A stretch of 64,000 nt of DNA, taken from contig CAVXLD010000001.1 of NCBI GenBank assembly GCA_963762565.1, positions 832,001 to 896,000 of the forward strand. The letters run 5' to 3'. Source of the DNA: an uncultured Verrucomicrobiae bacterium. Lineage in GTDB: Bacteria; Verrucomicrobiota; Verrucomicrobiia; Chthoniobacterales; JAFAMB01. Shown here piece after piece: positions 9,896 through 20,156 of the stretch (positions are counted from its first letter, which is position 1; each line of letters opens with the position of its first letter). The translations under genes were made by a program, and so were the position numbers. The notes under the pieces are model-generated. The model was not told the origin of the DNA and made no database searches. It worked only from the letters and a program-made list of their open reading frames with translations.

Positions 9896-11485
9896 ATGCC
9901 TCGCGCCCGTTTCATCTCCCTTCAAGAAGTCGGCTCCCTGATCCCAGACAACGCAGTGGTATCAGTCAGCTCATCCAGCGGACTCGCTTGTCCTGACGCT
10001 ACCCTCAAAGCGATCGGAGACCATTATCGGCAGACCAACCGGCCGCGCGGATTAACGTCGATTCATCCGATCGCTGCCGGGGATATGTACGGGATCGGCG
10101 GGATCGATCACCTGGCCCAACCCGGCCTCCTGAGAAGAGTGGTGGCCGGCTCACTGCCCAGTGGTCCTAGTTCCATGCCGTCACCTGAGATTTGGAAGTT
10201 GATCATTGAAGATCGCATTGAGGCCTACAACCTGCCGAGTGGGCTCATCTTTCATATGCATCGTGAGGGCGCAGCCCGCCGGCCCGGCGTGCTAAGTAAA
10301 GTCGGGCTGAATACCTTCGTTGACCCACGTCTGCAAGGGGGCGCGATGAACAAATCAACACCGAAAGACTATGTTCAGCTCACCGAGTTTCGCGGTGACG
10401 AATGGCTATTTTATCCGGCTATTTCACCAGACGTTGCCATCATTCGTGGCACTACCGCCGACGAGCGTGGAAATATTTCGATGGAAAACGAAGGCGCCTA
10501 CCTTGGCGCGCTGGATCAAGCGATTGCCGCGCGCAACGCCGGAGGCATTATCATCGCGCAAGTCAAACGCTTGTGTGCGAATGGCACATTGAAGCCGCAA
10601 ACCGTCAGAGTTCCCGGCATGTTGGTCGACTACGTGGTGGTCGATCCGGAACAGAAACAAACCACGCAGACTGTCTATGACCCGGCGATCAGCGGCGAAA
10701 TTTTCCGGCCGGAGAGCAGCTTCAAAGAGACAGAATGGGGACTAGACAAAGTGATTGCCCGCCGGGCCGCCATGGAGCTGGTACAAGATGATGCCGTCAA
10801 CCTTGGCTTCGGCATCTCGGCGCTGGTGCCGCGCATTTTGTTGGAAGAAGGACTTCATGGCGAGGTGACCTGGGTAATCGAACAAGGGCCGGTCGGCGGC
10901 ATGCCGCTTCTGGGGTTCGCTTTCGGTTGCGCATCGAACGCTGATGCTATTATGGCGTCGCCAGATCAATTCACTTACTTCCAAGGCGGCGGCTTTGATC
11001 GAAGCTACCTCTCTTTTCTACAGGTCGACGGCGAGGGGAACGTCAACGTCTCGCGCTTAGCCTCCCGGCCCCACGTCACTGCGGGAGTCGGCGGGTTTAT
11101 TGATATCACCGCACATGCCAAAGCCATTGTGTTTTGCGGGTATTTTACAGCGGGCGGAATCGACCAACAGATTGAAGCCGGCCAACTGCGGATTCGAAAA
11201 GAAGGCAAGAGCCGTAAGTTCGTCGAGCAGGTAGAGCACGTCACCTTCAGCGGGAAGCGAGCCCGGCAACAGGGGCAGGAGGTTCTCTTCGTAACGGAGC
11301 GAGCAGTGTTAGAGCTCCAACCGGAAGGACTGACCGTCGTCGAAATTGCACCGGGTATCGATCTGAAACGCGACGTTCTACAACAGGCTGATACCAAGTT
11401 ACGAGTCAGTCCTAATCTGAAGGTAATGGATCCGGAACTATTCGAGCCGAAAAAGCTCGGACTGCAACTGAGGGCACGGAAATGA
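9896..11485 (+). CDS. Acyl-CoA:acetate/3-ketoacid CoA transferase (YdiF/Pct-type, fused alpha-beta)
   Basis: GLNTFVDPR, RGTTADERGN, VNLGFGI, catalytic EQG, GNVNVS, GGFIDI. Confidence 0.9.
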   Translation: MPRARFISLQEVGSLIPDNAVVSVSSSSGLACPDATLKAIGDHYRQTNRPRGLTSIHPIAAGDMYGIGGIDHLAQPGLLRRVVAGSLPSGPSSMPSPEIWKLIIEDRIEAYNLPSGLIFHMHREGAARRPGVLSKVGLNTFVDPRLQGGAMNKSTPKDYVQLTEFRGDEWLFYPAISPDVAIIRGTTADERGNISMENEGAYLGALDQAIAARNAGGIIIAQVKRLCANGTLKPQTVRVPGMLVDYVVVDPEQKQTTQTVYDPAISGEIFRPESSFKETEWGLDKVIARRAAMELVQDDAVNLGFGISALVPRILLEEGLHGEVTWVIEQGPVGGMPLLGFAFGCASNADAIMASPDQFTYFQGGGFDRSYLSFLQVDGEGNVNVSRLASRPHVTAGVGGFIDITAHAKAIVFCGYFTAGGIDQQIEAGQLRIRKEGKSRKFVEQVEHVTFSGKRARQQGQEVLFVTERAVLELQPEGLTVVEIAPGIDLKRDVLQQADTKLRVSPNLKVMDPELFEPKKLGLQLRARK

Positions 11486-11761
11486 AGATGCGCCTGCAAC
11501 TCCACTGGGGAGGGATCGCGTCCCGACTTCGCAAGGCCTACGTCGCGGCCAGGTCCAATGGTGTCATTGAACCAGAGGCCAGGGCGCGCCATAGCGAAGC
11601 GGCGGCGGCCTTGCGATCCTCGAATAGAGCTAGAATTGTCGACATAACCACGCGCTCGACCGGAGCTATAAATCGGTTCCGCAGACATCGGCGCGCGAGG
11701 ATGCGCGCTCTTCCCAGGTTGCATCGCCAATGCCCTCACATCGCTATCTACCCCACCTAAC

Positions 11762-14014
11762 ATGATCAAATCTTCCCCAGGACGGACCGCCTTAAATCCG
11801 CACGACGCCGGGACCTTGGACGCGGTTTTCGAACGGATGTTCCCTGCTGATAACGATGGTCCGGGAGCCACTGAAATTGGAGTTACCGACTATGTAGATA
11901 AGGCGCTCACCACCGCTTATTCTCATCTCCAACCCCTGTATAGGGCGGGGCTAGTCGCGCTCGACCGCGAGACGCTCGCCCGGTCGGGAAAGCCCTTCAA
12001 GGCAGCCAGTCCGACCGAGCAAGACCAGATCATCCAAGCTCTAGAAAGAAATGACCTTCAGTCTTGCCCGGATTTCCTCGCCAGAGAGTTCTACGAAACT
12101 TTGCGCACCCATTTGCAAGAAGGTTTGTTTGCCGATCCGATGCACGGTGGTAACAAAGAAAAATCCGGTTGGAAGCTCATAAAGCATCCCGGTGTTTGGC
12201 TCGAGAATTCGGCGGAAGAGAACCTGATGGAAACCGCTGCCAATAAGGGCGGTCGCTATCAATCTTTGTCCGACCTAGGTTCGAGTTGGCAAATACCGGC
12301 TCCTGATATCCCTGGGTTCGATCCGTTAAGAGGCCAAGCTCCGCCCGCGAAAGAGGTTGACGTCATTCTCGTCGGCGTAGGTTCCATGAACTCGATTGTG
12401 GCGCCGATACTGGCTGAGGCCGGTCTAAAAGTGATCGGCCTTGAGCCCGGGCCTTTCCGCTGTGGGGCCGACTATTTCCCTGACGAGCTGGGGTCGGCTT
12501 ACTATTGCCGGGCATTAATGGGGCCAAAGTTCGGCGCTGAGATCCCGCGCTGGCGGAGAAATGATTTAGAACCCACTCGCGAAGCCACCTTCTCTTTGGG
12601 GCGGATGATGAACAGCGTCGGAGGCTCGATCATCCATTACGGAGCTTGGATGCGCCGCTTTCATCGGCATCATTTCCGGATGCGCAGCTATGTCGTGGAT
12701 CGTTGGGGTGCAAATGCGATACCGGCCGGCTGTTCGCTGACAGACTGGCCAGTTTCATACGAAGACCTCGAACCGTTCTATTGTGATCTAGAGCACGCCA
12801 TCGGTATCGCCGGAGACGAAACCAATCCGTTCGTCAAACGTTCGCGATCGCTACCAATGCCGCCCATGCGACCGTTCCGGCTAGGAGAAATTTTTAGCCG
12901 CACAACCCGATCCCTAGGTTTGCACCCGCACCCGGTCGGCGCAGGCATGAATACGGTCCCCTATCGAGGCCGGCCAGCTTCGACTTACACCGCATGGAAT
13001 AACGGGTTCGGCTCATCCACCGGGGACAAATGGGATCCGTCGCTGGATTGTGTGCCCCGTGCTTTGGCCACCGGAAATTTCGACCTACGAACCGGCTGCC
13101 GCGTGATCAGGGTCCTGACAGACGAGACCGGTCATGCTGCCGGAGTGGATTATGTCGATGCTTTAGGACGCCACCAAACTCAGCCCGGGCGCACTGTCAT
13201 CCTCGGCGCGTATACCTTCGAGAATATCCGCCTGATGTTTTTGTCAGGCGGCGGAAAACATCCGACCGGCATTGGCAATCAGCGCAGCCAGCTTGGGCGC
13301 TATTTCATGACCAAGATGTTCGCTCACGTCGACGGCTTCTTCCCAAACACCATTTTTAATCGGCACACCGGACCCGCCGCCCAAGGAGTTGTGTTGGACG
13401 ATTTTTTGTCCCCAGATTTTGATTCGCTAAATGAAGGCTTTATCGGCGGAGCCACCCTAGGCGCAGAACAGCAATTCCTTCCGATCCAGATCAGCCGGGA
13501 AGCGCTTCCCAGCGATGTTAAGGCCTGGGGTCAGTCCTATCGCGACCACCTGAAACAGTGGCAACATTTCGGAGTAGTTCGTATCCAGCCCGACGCGCTG
13601 CCTTATCACACGAATTACCTCGCCCTTGACCCGGTGCATCGAGACAAGAGCGGGCTCGGACTTCCGGTCTTACGGATCACCTACGATCTTCAACAGAACG
13701 AGCGGAAGCTGGCAGACTGGATGGAACGCAAGTCGGAGGAAATTCTGCGAGCGATGGGCGCAACCAAGACCTGGCGTGGCGCCAGCTTTACCGGGGTTGG
13801 CAGTAGCCATGACTTTGGCGGAGCTAGAATGGGCGAGAACCCTGAAACCAGCGTCGTGAACCGCGACCTGGAAGTTCATGATGCTCCGGGCGTGTACGTT
13901 TTCAGCGGGGCGACTTTTCCGACCTGCATTGGGATCAACCCGACGCTAACTCTGGCCGCCGTCTGCTGCCGAGCGGCCACTCAGCTTGTTAAGAAACTGA
14001 AAGGATGGCAATGA
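11762..14014 (+). CDS. Fusion of gluconate 2-dehydrogenase subunit-3-like domain and GMC flavoprotein
   Basis: N-terminal PGATEIGVTDYVD...EGLFADPMHGGN; C-terminal GMC motifs VGGSIIHY, DWPVSYEDLEPFY, HDFGGARMG, NPTLT. Confidence 0.85.
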   Translation: MIKSSPGRTALNPHDAGTLDAVFERMFPADNDGPGATEIGVTDYVDKALTTAYSHLQPLYRAGLVALDRETLARSGKPFKAASPTEQDQIIQALERNDLQSCPDFLAREFYETLRTHLQEGLFADPMHGGNKEKSGWKLIKHPGVWLENSAEENLMETAANKGGRYQSLSDLGSSWQIPAPDIPGFDPLRGQAPPAKEVDVILVGVGSMNSIVAPILAEAGLKVIGLEPGPFRCGADYFPDELGSAYYCRALMGPKFGAEIPRWRRNDLEPTREATFSLGRMMNSVGGSIIHYGAWMRRFHRHHFRMRSYVVDRWGANAIPAGCSLTDWPVSYEDLEPFYCDLEHAIGIAGDETNPFVKRSRSLPMPPMRPFRLGEIFSRTTRSLGLHPHPVGAGMNTVPYRGRPASTYTAWNNGFGSSTGDKWDPSLDCVPRALATGNFDLRTGCRVIRVLTDETGHAAGVDYVDALGRHQTQPGRTVILGAYTFENIRLMFLSGGGKHPTGIGNQRSQLGRYFMTKMFAHVDGFFPNTIFNRHTGPAAQGVVLDDFLSPDFDSLNEGFIGGATLGAEQQFLPIQISREALPSDVKAWGQSYRDHLKQWQHFGVVRIQPDALPYHTNYLALDPVHRDKSGLGLPVLRITYDLQQNERKLADWMERKSEEILRAMGATKTWRGASFTGVGSSHDFGGARMGENPETSVVNRDLEVHDAPGVYVFSGATFPTCIGINPTLTLAAVCCRAATQLVKKLKGWQ

Positions 14015-14781
14015 GCATCGCGCCAAAAATCCTTCTGCAAATGGAAGGAGCGATCGGACGGATCACCCTTAACCGGTCGGAAAAGTTGAACGCACTGGAT
14101 CCTGAGATGCTGACCCAGCTGGAAGTCGCGGCCAACACACTGGAAGCGAGTCCGGAAGTGCGAGTCGTGATACTCGACAGTGCCAGCGAACGCGCTTTCT
14201 GCGTTGGCGCAGATATTGGCGCCTGGACCGCTCTCACCCCGCTCGAAATGTGGTCCACTTGGAATCGGAGAGGACACCAGGTGTTCGACCGGCTCGCACA
14301 ACTTCGCCAACCTGTGATTGCTTTGTTGCGAGGATTCGCATTCGGCGGCGGGCTTGAGCTCGCACTCACAGCCGATATCCGAATCGCAACCGAACAGGCG
14401 ACATTTGCCATGCCTGAAGTCAAACTAGCCACCGTCCCCGGCTGGGCCGGCACTTTTCGTTTGCCGCAAATCATTGGCCGCCCTCGCGCCAAGCAAATGA
14501 TCTTCTCCGGCGCCCCGATCGGTGCACACCGGGCTGAACAATGGGGCCTCGTCAACGAGGTGGTATCCGATCCTGACGCTCGAGGCCGAGAACTTAGTGA
14601 TCTGATCTGCCACAATGCGCCGATCTCTGTACAAATCGCGAAACAACTGGTGAATAGCGACGCGTCCAACGCGCTGGCGCTTGAATCCTTGGCCGGAGCA
14701 GTCACAGCCGCCACTGCCGACGCCGCTGAAGGACTAGCGAGTTTCCAGGAAAAACGACCTCCTCAGTTCAAAGGAAATTAA
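14005..14781 (+). CDS. Enoyl-CoA hydratase/isomerase family protein
   Basis: AFCVGADI, GGGLELAL.ADIRIA, MPEVKL; both catalytic Glu present. Confidence 0.93.
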   Translation: MAMSIAPKILLQMEGAIGRITLNRSEKLNALDPEMLTQLEVAANTLEASPEVRVVILDSASERAFCVGADIGAWTALTPLEMWSTWNRRGHQVFDRLAQLRQPVIALLRGFAFGGGLELALTADIRIATEQATFAMPEVKLATVPGWAGTFRLPQIIGRPRAKQMIFSGAPIGAHRAEQWGLVNEVVSDPDARGRELSDLICHNAPISVQIAKQLVNSDASNALALESLAGAVTAATADAAEGLASFQEKRPPQFKGN

Positions 14782-14828
14782 GCGAACGACAGAAAATGAA
14801 TAGCCCCAAAAGAGCGCAAACGAATTTT

Positions 14829-15073
14829 GGTAGGGCGAGGCTCCCAAATAACCCCGATCCTAAGCAAGGGCCTGCGCACATTTTTAAACTGGCGTGCGCA
14901 TCGACTAAAATCTCGCCGAGCCGTGGCATCGCTGTCTCCTGGGTTGTGCGTAGACGATTCTCGCGGCGAAATCAGGGGAACGGCTCGGCAGCGCTCGACA
15001 TCGGACGCCATGGATCCTACCCGGCGTTGTTCGTTGCGAAACCTTTTCGAACGTTCCGGAGCCTCGCCCTACC
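14829..15073. mobile_element. REP-derived MITE-like element family B
   Basis: ggtagggcgaggctcc / ggagcctcgccctacc with inner gccgagccg / cggctcggc. Confidence 0.7.
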
Positions 15074-15090
15074 AAACCCCACCTCCTCCC

Positions 15091-16587
15091 ATGACTAACT
15101 TACTACCCGAAACCCATTTCACCTACTCAATGTGGATCGATGGCCGGGCTACGCCGGCCCAGAGTGGTCAAACATTCAGTCGCGAAAGCCCGGCCCATGG
15201 GGTCAAGATCGGTGAATACCCTTTGGCTGCCGCGGCTGATGTAGATGCTGCTGTCGCCGCAGCTCGGCGTGCTTTTGACATCGGCTCATGGCCACACTTG
15301 CCTGGGGCTGAACGCGCGAAAGTGCTCTTGCGCGTGGCCGAGTTAATTCGCGCCAACAAAGAGGAATTCGCCCTCATTGAAACCCTGGAAAGCGGCAAAC
15401 CGATAAAACAAGCTCGAGATGAAATGGAATGGAGCGCCGCCCTGTGGGACTACGCCGCCGCGCTCTGCCGCCATCTTCATGGAGATAGCTACAATACCCT
15501 TGGCGCCCAGGTGCTGGGATTAACTATCCGGGAACCAATCGGTGTAGTTGGGATGATTACACCATGGAATTTTCCGTTATTGATCATCAGCCAGAAACTG
15601 CCTTTCGCGCTGGCTGCGGGTTGCACCTGCGTTGTCAAACCCAGTGAACTCACTCCGGGTACTACCTTGCGATTGGGAGCGCTTCTGACCGAAGCAGGGT
15701 TACCTGCCGGAGCACTGAGTATCATCAGCGGTTACGGCGAGCCCGCCGGCGCCCGGTTATCAGAACATCCGGATATCGATATGATCTCGTTTACCGGTTC
15801 CACCGAGGTCGGCAAAGCGGTGGTTGGCTCTTCGAAAAGCAACCTGAAGAAGGTCGAACTGGAGCTTGGCGGCAAGAATCCCCATATCGTCTTTGCCGAT
15901 GCCGACCTGGAAGCCGCTCTTGATGCAGTGGTGTTCGGCGTCTGCTTCAACATGGGCGAATGCTGTAACAGCGGTAGCCGCTTACTCGTCCAACGTTCGA
16001 TTGCGGACGATTTTATAAATCGTGTGATCGAAACCGCTAAGAAGATACCGGTTGGCGACCCGCTCGATGAGCAAACCAAGATCGGCGCCATCATCGATGG
16101 AAACCAATTTGAAAAGATCCTTGGTTACATCGAGTCGGGGAGTCGGGACGGCGCCCGATTGAGGTTAGGCGGAAAAGCATTGAACCGCGAAGACGGCCGG
16201 TTCGTCGAAGCCACCATCTTCGACGAAGTGCGACCGGAAATGCCGATCGCTAAAGAGGAGATTTTCGGCCCGGTATTATCAATTCTGACCTTCGATACCA
16301 CAGAAGAAGCGATTCGGATCGCCAATGATACCATCTACGGTCTTTCTGCCGGGGTTTGGACCCGGGACATCGACACTGCGTTTACCGTCAGCCGTAGAAT
16401 TCGAGCTGGTACCATCTGGATCAACACCTTTATGGATGGTTACCCGGAGCTCTGCTTTGGCGGATTCAACCAAAGCGGCTTAGGTCGCGAGCTCGGCAGA
16501 TTCTCGATCGAAGAATTCACTGAACTGAAAACCGTCCAGGTCCATCTCGGACCGAGGACCAGCTGGTGGGCTAAAGGAACGCCGTGA
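15091..16587 (+). CDS. NAD(P)-dependent aldehyde dehydrogenase (sorbosone dehydrogenase-like)
   Basis: ITPWNFP, FTGSTEVG, LELGGKNP, FNMGECCNSGSR, EEIFGPV; start at ATG 15091 after the MITE. Confidence 0.92.
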   Translation: MTNLLPETHFTYSMWIDGRATPAQSGQTFSRESPAHGVKIGEYPLAAAADVDAAVAAARRAFDIGSWPHLPGAERAKVLLRVAELIRANKEEFALIETLESGKPIKQARDEMEWSAALWDYAAALCRHLHGDSYNTLGAQVLGLTIREPIGVVGMITPWNFPLLIISQKLPFALAAGCTCVVKPSELTPGTTLRLGALLTEAGLPAGALSIISGYGEPAGARLSEHPDIDMISFTGSTEVGKAVVGSSKSNLKKVELELGGKNPHIVFADADLEAALDAVVFGVCFNMGECCNSGSRLLVQRSIADDFINRVIETAKKIPVGDPLDEQTKIGAIIDGNQFEKILGYIESGSRDGARLRLGGKALNREDGRFVEATIFDEVRPEMPIAKEEIFGPVLSILTFDTTEEAIRIANDTIYGLSAGVWTRDIDTAFTVSRRIRAGTIWINTFMDGYPELCFGGFNQSGLGRELGRFSIEEFTELKTVQVHLGPRTSWWAKGTP

Positions 16588-17702
16588 ATTCTAACGACCT
16601 AACGTTCCAAGCTACCCGCGCTTTCGAATTTGCGGAGACTCAGCTCCGTAAACTGGTCACAAATCACCCCGGCTATTTCCCGCTCTTTACTAAGGCAGGC
16701 AAATGGAGACATGAATCCGAGAGCTGGACGAACTGGTGTGAAGGCTTTCTGGGAGGAATGCTCTGGATACTAGCAAGGCGAACCGGAGAGACCTGGTGGC
16801 GGACCAAGGCGGAAGAGTATTCCAGGTTAATTGAGGATCGGAAATTTGATCGCACGGTGCATGACCTTGGTTTCCTATTCTTACCAACGTGGAAGGTTTG
16901 GTATGAGCAAACCGGAGACAAAAACATTCGCAGCACGGTGCTGACCGCGGGCGAAACCCTGGCCGGCAGGTTTCAAGAAAAGGGCGGATATCTGTGCTCA
17001 TTTGTAGCGCCGGAAAGCCTGTTCATCGACATCATGATGAACGTCGAGATTATTTTCTATGCAGCTCAGGAGCTGGGCGATCAAAGACTCAAAGAGATCG
17101 CGTTAAAACATTGTCTAACCACCCGCCGCTTTCTAGTCCGCGGCGACGGCAGCACAGCGCACGAAGGGATCTTTGATTTAAACTCCGGCGCATTTTTGTG
17201 CCAGAGCACGCACCAAGGCTGGCGGGGTGATTCGAGCTGGGCACGTGGACAGGCCTGGGCCATGGGCGGGTTCACCGCGGCATTTAAATACACTAGAGAC
17301 CCTAGGTTCCTGGATACCGCTATCGCGACAGCTAACTATTTCATTCAGCGCACCCCGGCCCACGGTGTTCCTCCCAATGATTGGGATCAACCAGTCCCCC
17401 AAATACCCTACGAAAGCTCCGCTGCAGCTATTGCCGCCGGAGGCCTTCTAGATTTGGCTCAGCAAGTGCCTGATTCCAGCCTGGCCCAACGGTATCGTGA
17501 ACGAGCCAAGCAGACCTTGACTACCCTGTTAAGCAAGGAATTTCTCGCGACCGATCACCCCGAATGGGAAGGGATCCTTCTGCACGGTATCTATCACGAA
17601 CGCAAAGGGTTAGGTGTTGATGAAAGCGTGATGTGGGGTGATTACTTTTTTCTCGCCGCTTTAGATAAGCTGCTGCAGAATGCCGATTCTTCGTCGGTTT
17701 GA
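16584..17702 (+). CDS. Glycoside hydrolase family 88 (unsaturated glucuronyl hydrolase-like)
   Basis: WCEGF, HDLGF, IDIMMN, SSWARGQAW, ESSAAAI, WGDYFF motifs. Confidence 0.9.
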   Translation: MNSNDLTFQATRAFEFAETQLRKLVTNHPGYFPLFTKAGKWRHESESWTNWCEGFLGGMLWILARRTGETWWRTKAEEYSRLIEDRKFDRTVHDLGFLFLPTWKVWYEQTGDKNIRSTVLTAGETLAGRFQEKGGYLCSFVAPESLFIDIMMNVEIIFYAAQELGDQRLKEIALKHCLTTRRFLVRGDGSTAHEGIFDLNSGAFLCQSTHQGWRGDSSWARGQAWAMGGFTAAFKYTRDPRFLDTAIATANYFIQRTPAHGVPPNDWDQPVPQIPYESSAAAIAAGGLLDLAQQVPDSSLAQRYRERAKQTLTTLLSKEFLATDHPEWEGILLHGIYHERKGLGVDESVMWGDYFFLAALDKLLQNADSSSV

Positions 17703-17735
17703 ACAAAACCGCCCCCAAAAGCAAAACCCCCAAGA

Positions 17736-19007
17736 ATGAAAATAAATAAGTATCTCCCCTTAACAAAGCTCGCCACTGCGCTGGCTCTGTTAGTACCCTT
17801 CGCCGCGTTTGCGGATAACGCCAAGAAACTGGAAGTCTTTTCTTGGTGGACATCCGGAGGCGAGGCAGCCGCGCTCGATGCCTTATTCAAGGTCTACAAA
17901 GAGCATAACCCCGGAGTCGAAATCATTAACGCCACGGTTGCCGGCGGCGGTGGTTCCGCTGCCCGTGCCGTCCTGCAAACTAGACTCGCCGGCGGCAACC
18001 CGCCAGACACATGGCAATCTCACCCAGGTTGGGAACTCTTGGGACAATATGTCGACCCTGGCTATTGCGAGCCGCTCAACGACATCTACCAAGCTGAGAG
18101 TTGGCAAAAGGTTTTACCAGCCCAGCTGATTACGCTGCTTACTAAGGATGGCAAACAATGGTGCGTTCTGGCCGGCGTCCATCGCGGGAACGATCTCTGG
18201 TACAATAAGAAAGTTCTGGATAAGGCTGGTATCAAGATCGGCGACAAGATCAGCATTGATGAATTCTTGGCCGATTGCGCCAAACTAAAAGCGGCCGGCG
18301 TAACCCCCCTCGCGGTTGGAGATTCGGGCATCTGGGCTACTGCCCAGCTTTTTGAGAATACGCTGCTCGGCACGGTTGGACCGGACGGCTGGACGGCTTT
18401 GTTCAGCGGGAAGATGTCCTTCGACGATCCAAAAGTGAAACAGGCCGCCCAGAGCTACGCCAAAATACTGGAGTATCAGAATGCGGATCATTCGGCGCTG
18501 ACCTGGGACCAGGCTATCAAAGCGGTTGAGGAAGGCCGTTGTGCGTTTTCGTCGATGGGAGACTGGGCGCACGGCGAATTCACCAAAGCTAACCTTAAAG
18601 ATAACGTTGATTTCGGTTGGGTCTCGCATCCGGGCACGAGCGGCGGATTCATCGTCGTGGCCGACGGTTTCACTCTCGCCAAGAATGCGCCCCACAAGGC
18701 CGAGACAGTCGCTTGGCTGAAAAGCCTCGGCAGCAAACAGTCGCAGGAGGAATTCAATCCCCTGAAGGGCTCGATTCCGGTTCGAACTGATGTCGATAAG
18801 AGCAAGTTCGGGCCTTACCATCAATGGTCGATGAAGTCTTTCTCTTCCGACGCATTGCTTGCCAGTTGTGTCCATGGTGAAGCCGCACCGGCTGCATTCC
18901 AGCAATCGTTAAATGACGCGATCACGCAGTTCGTAGTCGATAAGAATGTAGATGCCTTTTGTTCGGCTTTAGTCCAGGCGGCTAAAGACTCTAACATGGT
19001 GAAGTAG
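17736..19007 (+). CDS. Sugar ABC transporter substrate-binding protein (glucose/mannose-type)
   Basis: Signal peptide, SWWTSGGEAAAL, GGNPPD, MGDWA, FNPLKGSIP. Confidence 0.92.
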   Translation: MKINKYLPLTKLATALALLVPFAAFADNAKKLEVFSWWTSGGEAAALDALFKVYKEHNPGVEIINATVAGGGGSAARAVLQTRLAGGNPPDTWQSHPGWELLGQYVDPGYCEPLNDIYQAESWQKVLPAQLITLLTKDGKQWCVLAGVHRGNDLWYNKKVLDKAGIKIGDKISIDEFLADCAKLKAAGVTPLAVGDSGIWATAQLFENTLLGTVGPDGWTALFSGKMSFDDPKVKQAAQSYAKILEYQNADHSALTWDQAIKAVEEGRCAFSSMGDWAHGEFTKANLKDNVDFGWVSHPGTSGGFIVVADGFTLAKNAPHKAETVAWLKSLGSKQSQEEFNPLKGSIPVRTDVDKSKFGPYHQWSMKSFSSDALLASCVHGEAAPAAFQQSLNDAITQFVVDKNVDAFCSALVQAAKDSNMVK

Positions 19008-19024
19008 CGCCCTCACTCACGAAC

Positions 19025-19046
19025 GGAGTGGGCATCTGCCCACTCC
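19025..19046 (+). other. GC-rich stem-loop between SBP and permease (mRNA stabiliser or partial terminator)
   Basis: ggagtgggca-tc-tgcccactcc. Confidence 0.55.
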
Positions 19047-19080
19047 TCTGTGGGTCTCACCCTTACTCAGGGATCCAGCA

Positions 19081-20154
19081 ATGAATCCGCTGCCAGCGAC
19101 GAATAGTGGAGGTACCCAGCGGGTCTCCAACCAGCTAAATCAGAACCAAGAGACCGGTCGCCCACTCCGGCTGACACGTCGCCTCTCTGATCGGATCTTA
19201 TCGCCGGCCATCTTGTCTCCAGCGATGATTTTGATCGTGCTCTTTGTCTATGTGTTCATCGCGATCACGATCTGGGTCTCGCTGTCGAATTGGCACACTT
19301 TGAAGATCGACATGACCTTACGTCAGCCGATCTGGGCTACCTATCAACAGATGTTCGTGATGCCGCGTTGGCATGCTGACTTGCGGAACGTTTTTATTTT
19401 CACGACGCTCTTCCTTACTTTTTCCCTCGGGCTAGGGCTGGTGCTCGCCTTGTTATTAGATCGCAAACTCCTTGGGTACACGATCTTCAGAAACGTCTTT
19501 CTGTTTCCTTATTCTCTCTCTTTTATTGTTACTGGTATCGCCTGGCGCTGGATCTTCAATCCGGAGACAGGCATTAACGTCCTTATTGATGCACTCGGGA
19601 TTAACAAGTTGATTACGGGATTAGGAGGTCCAGCCCTGCATCCCGGCTGGACGACGGACCCATCGGTTCTTCTACCGCTAAACAACTGGCTGGGGGCCAT
19701 TTTTCCACCGGTTACGAGTCTCAGCGTTCAATTGGGCATTCCGATGGCCCTGATCCCGGTCGTGATTGCGGCAACCTGGCAACTAACCGGCTTCGCGATG
19801 TCCATGTACATTGCCGGCCTTGCGACCGTCCCTCACGAATTACGCGAAGCCGCCAGGATTGATGGAGCCACAGAATTTCAGGTCTACACCAGAGTCATTA
19901 TACCGCAGTTGCGTCCCGTGACGGTTAGTACCGCGATCATCCTTGGTCATGTCTCCCTTAAGATTTTCGACCTGATTTTTGCGATGACCGGTGTCGGTCC
20001 CGGTTTCGCCACGGATGTACCCGGCATCTTCGTTTTTGAGCAGACTTTCAAGGCTACTCGCTACAATTTGGGGGCGGCAGCATCAATAGTAATGCTATTG
20101 CTCGTCAGCATGATCATTGTTCCCTACCTCTGGACAAATCTTAGGAAACGCTAA
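19081..20154 (+). CDS. Sugar ABC transporter permease
   Basis: EAARIDGA (EAA motif), multiple TM segments. Confidence 0.93.
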   Translation: MNPLPATNSGGTQRVSNQLNQNQETGRPLRLTRRLSDRILSPAILSPAMILIVLFVYVFIAITIWVSLSNWHTLKIDMTLRQPIWATYQQMFVMPRWHADLRNVFIFTTLFLTFSLGLGLVLALLLDRKLLGYTIFRNVFLFPYSLSFIVTGIAWRWIFNPETGINVLIDALGINKLITGLGGPALHPGWTTDPSVLLPLNNWLGAIFPPVTSLSVQLGIPMALIPVVIAATWQLTGFAMSMYIAGLATVPHELREAARIDGATEFQVYTRVIIPQLRPVTVSTAIILGHVSLKIFDLIFAMTGVGPGFATDVPGIFVFEQTFKATRYNLGAAASIVMLLLVSMIIVPYLWTNLRKR

Positions 20155-20156
20155 CT

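Noticed and set aside
11005..11871. 288-aa minus-strand ORF and the 11482-11760 plus-strand ORF
   Set aside because: Antisense shadow of the CoA transferase and read-through of a REP-like element; no protein motifs
13989..14714. 241-aa minus-strand ORF
   Set aside because: Antisense shadow of the enoyl-CoA hydratase
14827..15090. N-terminal extensions of ALDH (also at 1422, 40996, 51167 and 60676)
   Set aside because: The extensions run through REP/MITE sequence; downstream starts fit family lengths
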